A program made the position numbers and the translations under genes. A DNA stretch of 64,000 nucleotides from an uncultured bacterium (GTDB taxonomy: Bacteria > Verrucomicrobiota > Verrucomicrobiia > Verrucomicrobiales > DEV007). The notes under the pieces were generated by a model, which ran no database searches, had not been told where the DNA came from, and worked only from the letters and a program-made list of their open reading frames with translations. The stretch lies in the NCBI GenBank assembly GCA_963977015.1, contig CAXBMO010000013.1, positions 116,897 through 180,896 of the forward strand, read 5' to 3'. This document shows positions 61,708 through 64,000 of this stretch, piece by piece. The stretch's first letter is position 1; each line of letters begins with the position of its first letter.

Positions 61708-63093
61708 ATGGACACACCTGCCAACTTCACGAACCCAAACCTTGAGCGTCGCCGTTTTTTGCGAGGACTCGGTGCCTTGGTCGCTCTGCCGACTTTCGAA
61801 TCTCTCTTGCCCGCCAAGGCCTTCGCCGCTTCCGCCCAGGCCGGACGTGCCGTCACCGAAACCGGCGCTCCGATGCGCATGGGCTTCGTTTACATTCCGA
61901 ATGGCGTGAACGTCAAAAATTGGGCGCCAACCGGAACGGGTCGCGATTATCAACTCGGCAAAACGCTGCAGCCAATCGCCGATTTCCGGAACGATTTCCA
62001 GGTCATCAGCAAGCTCATGCACGACAACGGTTGGGGCAAGAAGGACGGCGGAGGCGATCATGCCCGGGCCAACGCCACCTTCCTCACCGGCGCTCGCCCG
62101 CGGAAAACGGCCGGTTCGGACATCCAGCTCGGGATTTCGGTCGATCAGGTCGCGGCGAACCACATTGGCGATCTGACGCGGCTATCCTCGCTGGAACTGA
62201 CTTGCGCGTCGGTGCGCACGGCAGGCCGTTGCGATTCCGGTTACTCCTGCGCCTACCAATTCAACCTTTCCTGGCGTTCCGACACCACTCCAATGACGCC
62301 GGAGCCGGATCCGCGCCTGGTTTTCGAACGCCTCTTTGGCCAAGGCCAGGGCAGCGAACGCAAACTCAACTTCCAACGACGCCAGGAGCAGCAGCGCTCG
62401 GTTCTCGACTACGTCATGGAAGACGCGCAGTCGCTCAACGGTCAACTGGGCCGGAACGATCAGCAGAAGCTCGACGAATACCTCACCGGCGTTCGCGAGA
62501 TCGAGAAAAAGATCGAAAAAGCCGAGCGCTTCCCGCTTCCCGACCCGGGCGTCGCAGCCCCGTCCGGCAAGCCTTCCGATAAGAAGGAATACATCCGGTT
62601 GATGTACGACATGATGATTCTCGCCTTTCAGACCGACTCGACCCGCGTGGCCAGTTTCCTGCAGGCCAACGACGGCGACAACCGGTCCTACGAGGATATC
62701 GGCGTTTCCGAAGGTCACCACACCCTGTCCCACCACCAGGAGAAGCCGGACAAACTCGCGAAGATCGCCAAGATCGACCTTTGGTACATGGAGCAGTTCA
62801 ACTACTTCCTGACGCGGATGCGGGAAACGAAGGACGTCGATGGCAATTCCCTCCTCCACAACTCGATGATCGTCTACGGCGGCGGCCTCTCCAACGGCCA
62901 GCGTCACGCCCACGACAATCTACCCGTCATCCTCGCTGGCAAAGCGGGCGGCAAGCTCAAAGCCGGTCAACACCTCGATCCCGGTTCCGACGTTCCCATG
63001 ACCAACCTGTATCTCAGCATGCTGGACACGCTGGGCGTTCCGGATCAGGAAAGAATTGGAGACTCGACTGGTCGGTTGACGGGAATCAGTTAG
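61708..63093 (+). CDS. DUF1552 domain protein (Tat substrate)
   Basis: RRRFLRG, YIPNG, ISVDQ, CDSGYSCAY, LAFQTDSTRV. Confidence 0.93.
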   Translation: MDTPANFTNPNLERRRFLRGLGALVALPTFESLLPAKAFAASAQAGRAVTETGAPMRMGFVYIPNGVNVKNWAPTGTGRDYQLGKTLQPIADFRNDFQVISKLMHDNGWGKKDGGGDHARANATFLTGARPRKTAGSDIQLGISVDQVAANHIGDLTRLSSLELTCASVRTAGRCDSGYSCAYQFNLSWRSDTTPMTPEPDPRLVFERLFGQGQGSERKLNFQRRQEQQRSVLDYVMEDAQSLNGQLGRNDQQKLDEYLTGVREIEKKIEKAERFPLPDPGVAAPSGKPSDKKEYIRLMYDMMILAFQTDSTRVASFLQANDGDNRSYEDIGVSEGHHTLSHHQEKPDKLAKIAKIDLWYMEQFNYFLTRMRETKDVDGNSLLHNSMIVYGGGLSNGQRHAHDNLPVILAGKAGGKLKAGQHLDPGSDVPMTNLYLSMLDTLGVPDQERIGDSTGRLTGIS

Positions 63094-63328
63094 GGTGTGA
63101 AAGCCAAGCTCGTTGCAAGAATGCACGAGACGTCTTTTTCCATTTCACGCCGCGAAAAGGGACCTGAGCGTGCTCTGTGACTGACCAGCAACGCCGCAAT
63201 TGAGCGATTCGAGGTATTCCAACTCGTTCAACCTGCCTACAAACATCCCAGGTTTAATCCGGGAGTAGGTCGAAACGGATTTGTAAGGTGGATTGAAGTC
63301 GCCATAACGAAAATCTCGTTAACAAGCC

Positions 63329-63952
63329 TCATCTTTTGTTCACTATTCCGAGGGTTCTATGAAACGTTTTGTGTACCACTGCGCTTGTTTCTTCGGCCAA
63401 TTCAGCAGACGACACCGTTCTGCCCGTATCACGGAACCACTGTTCGGTTTCAAAGCTTTCTAGTTTAAGACCAACAAGCCCAGTTTTATAGAATATCTCA
63501 AAAAGATTGTATTTAAAGTCCCGCGGGCTACTACGCGACTCTGCAACTAGCATTGCCGCTTCCGAAATACCTACCTCCGGTGGTTGTTCGCTTGTCACAA
63601 CACTTAAACAGAGATCTTCAATTTCCGAATCCAATATCTTTGACAACTTGAAGGAATGAGTTCGGCTTTTTAGAATAGAGGTAAACTCCAAGAGATCTGG
63701 AAAGTCCGCAGACCACTCATCAGCTAGAGCACGGAGACGTGTGCGTGAATAGTTACCCTCAGCAGTCCGAATCTGTGCCGCCTTGAGTTTAGGTGAGTTA
63801 TTAGCCTCTAAAATACATTCGTTAAAAAACGCAATAAGGTCCCGTGGACGGGAAATCCGCTCCGTAATAAATTTATCGATCTCTTGTCGGTTTATACTTT
63901 GAGGCATTATATCAGAATACCCCACCTCTTGCTTGGTATACTGATATCCAAC
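63329..63952 (-). pseudogene. C-terminal part of a P-loop ATPase-like protein (Sll1717-like), apparently interrupted at 63952
   Basis: Low-GC ORF with RISRPRDLIAFFNEC, AEGNYS..RL.AL.DEW, FYKTGLVG and VHKTFHRTL; abuts an IS-like end. Confidence 0.55.
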
Positions 63953-64000
63953 TGACCTGATCCAGAAAGCTGGACACCTCAAAACGATAGTTCTGCTAGG
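63953..64000. mobile_element. Probable terminal inverted repeat of an IS3-family insertion sequence, continuing beyond the window
   Basis: TGACCTGATCCAGAAAGCTGGACAC resembles IS3-family ends (5'-TGA.CTG...AAAG.TGGACA). No transposase is visible in the window. Confidence 0.5.

Noticed and set aside
63200-63328. Integron attC site downstream of the low-GC gene
   Set aside because: No convincing RYYYAAC/GTTRRRY pair with matching L boxes, and no integrase.

Overview
This is bacterial DNA of the PVC superphylum, most likely Verrucomicrobiota, judged from the DUF1592/DUF1552, DUF1549/1553/DUF1501 and PVC-type heme proteins, six sulfatases and an ECF sigma/FecR pair. The first ~19 kb is mostly core genes: an acetyltransferase, an ABC transporter, a stand-alone rpoA-rplQ pair, a divergent Amt with roadblock-like genes, a porin, gmk and dhaKL. 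The rest is mostly accessory catabolic and periplasmic redox genes, plus fabF and an L,D-transpeptidase. It ends in a low-GC ATPase-like gene apparently cut by an IS3-type end. The most striking structure is a four-helix-bundle (23S rRNA IVP/Avd-like) gene between DUF1592 and DUF1552 genes. It is enclosed by two inverted arrays of 7-nt repeats (NNTTAGC / GCTAANN), which also supply two stop codons. Other observations: an in-frame 90-bp REPIN-like element in a signal-peptide region, a low-GC patch with mirrored G/C-skewed flanks inside one gene, a beta-sandwich domain shared by an anti-sigma factor and its neighbour, an Amt with altered gate residues, a candidate nucleoid-associated protein and a Tm-1-like gene pair. 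Family calls come from motif recognition by eye; no database search was run. No rRNA, tRNA or CRISPR array was seen.
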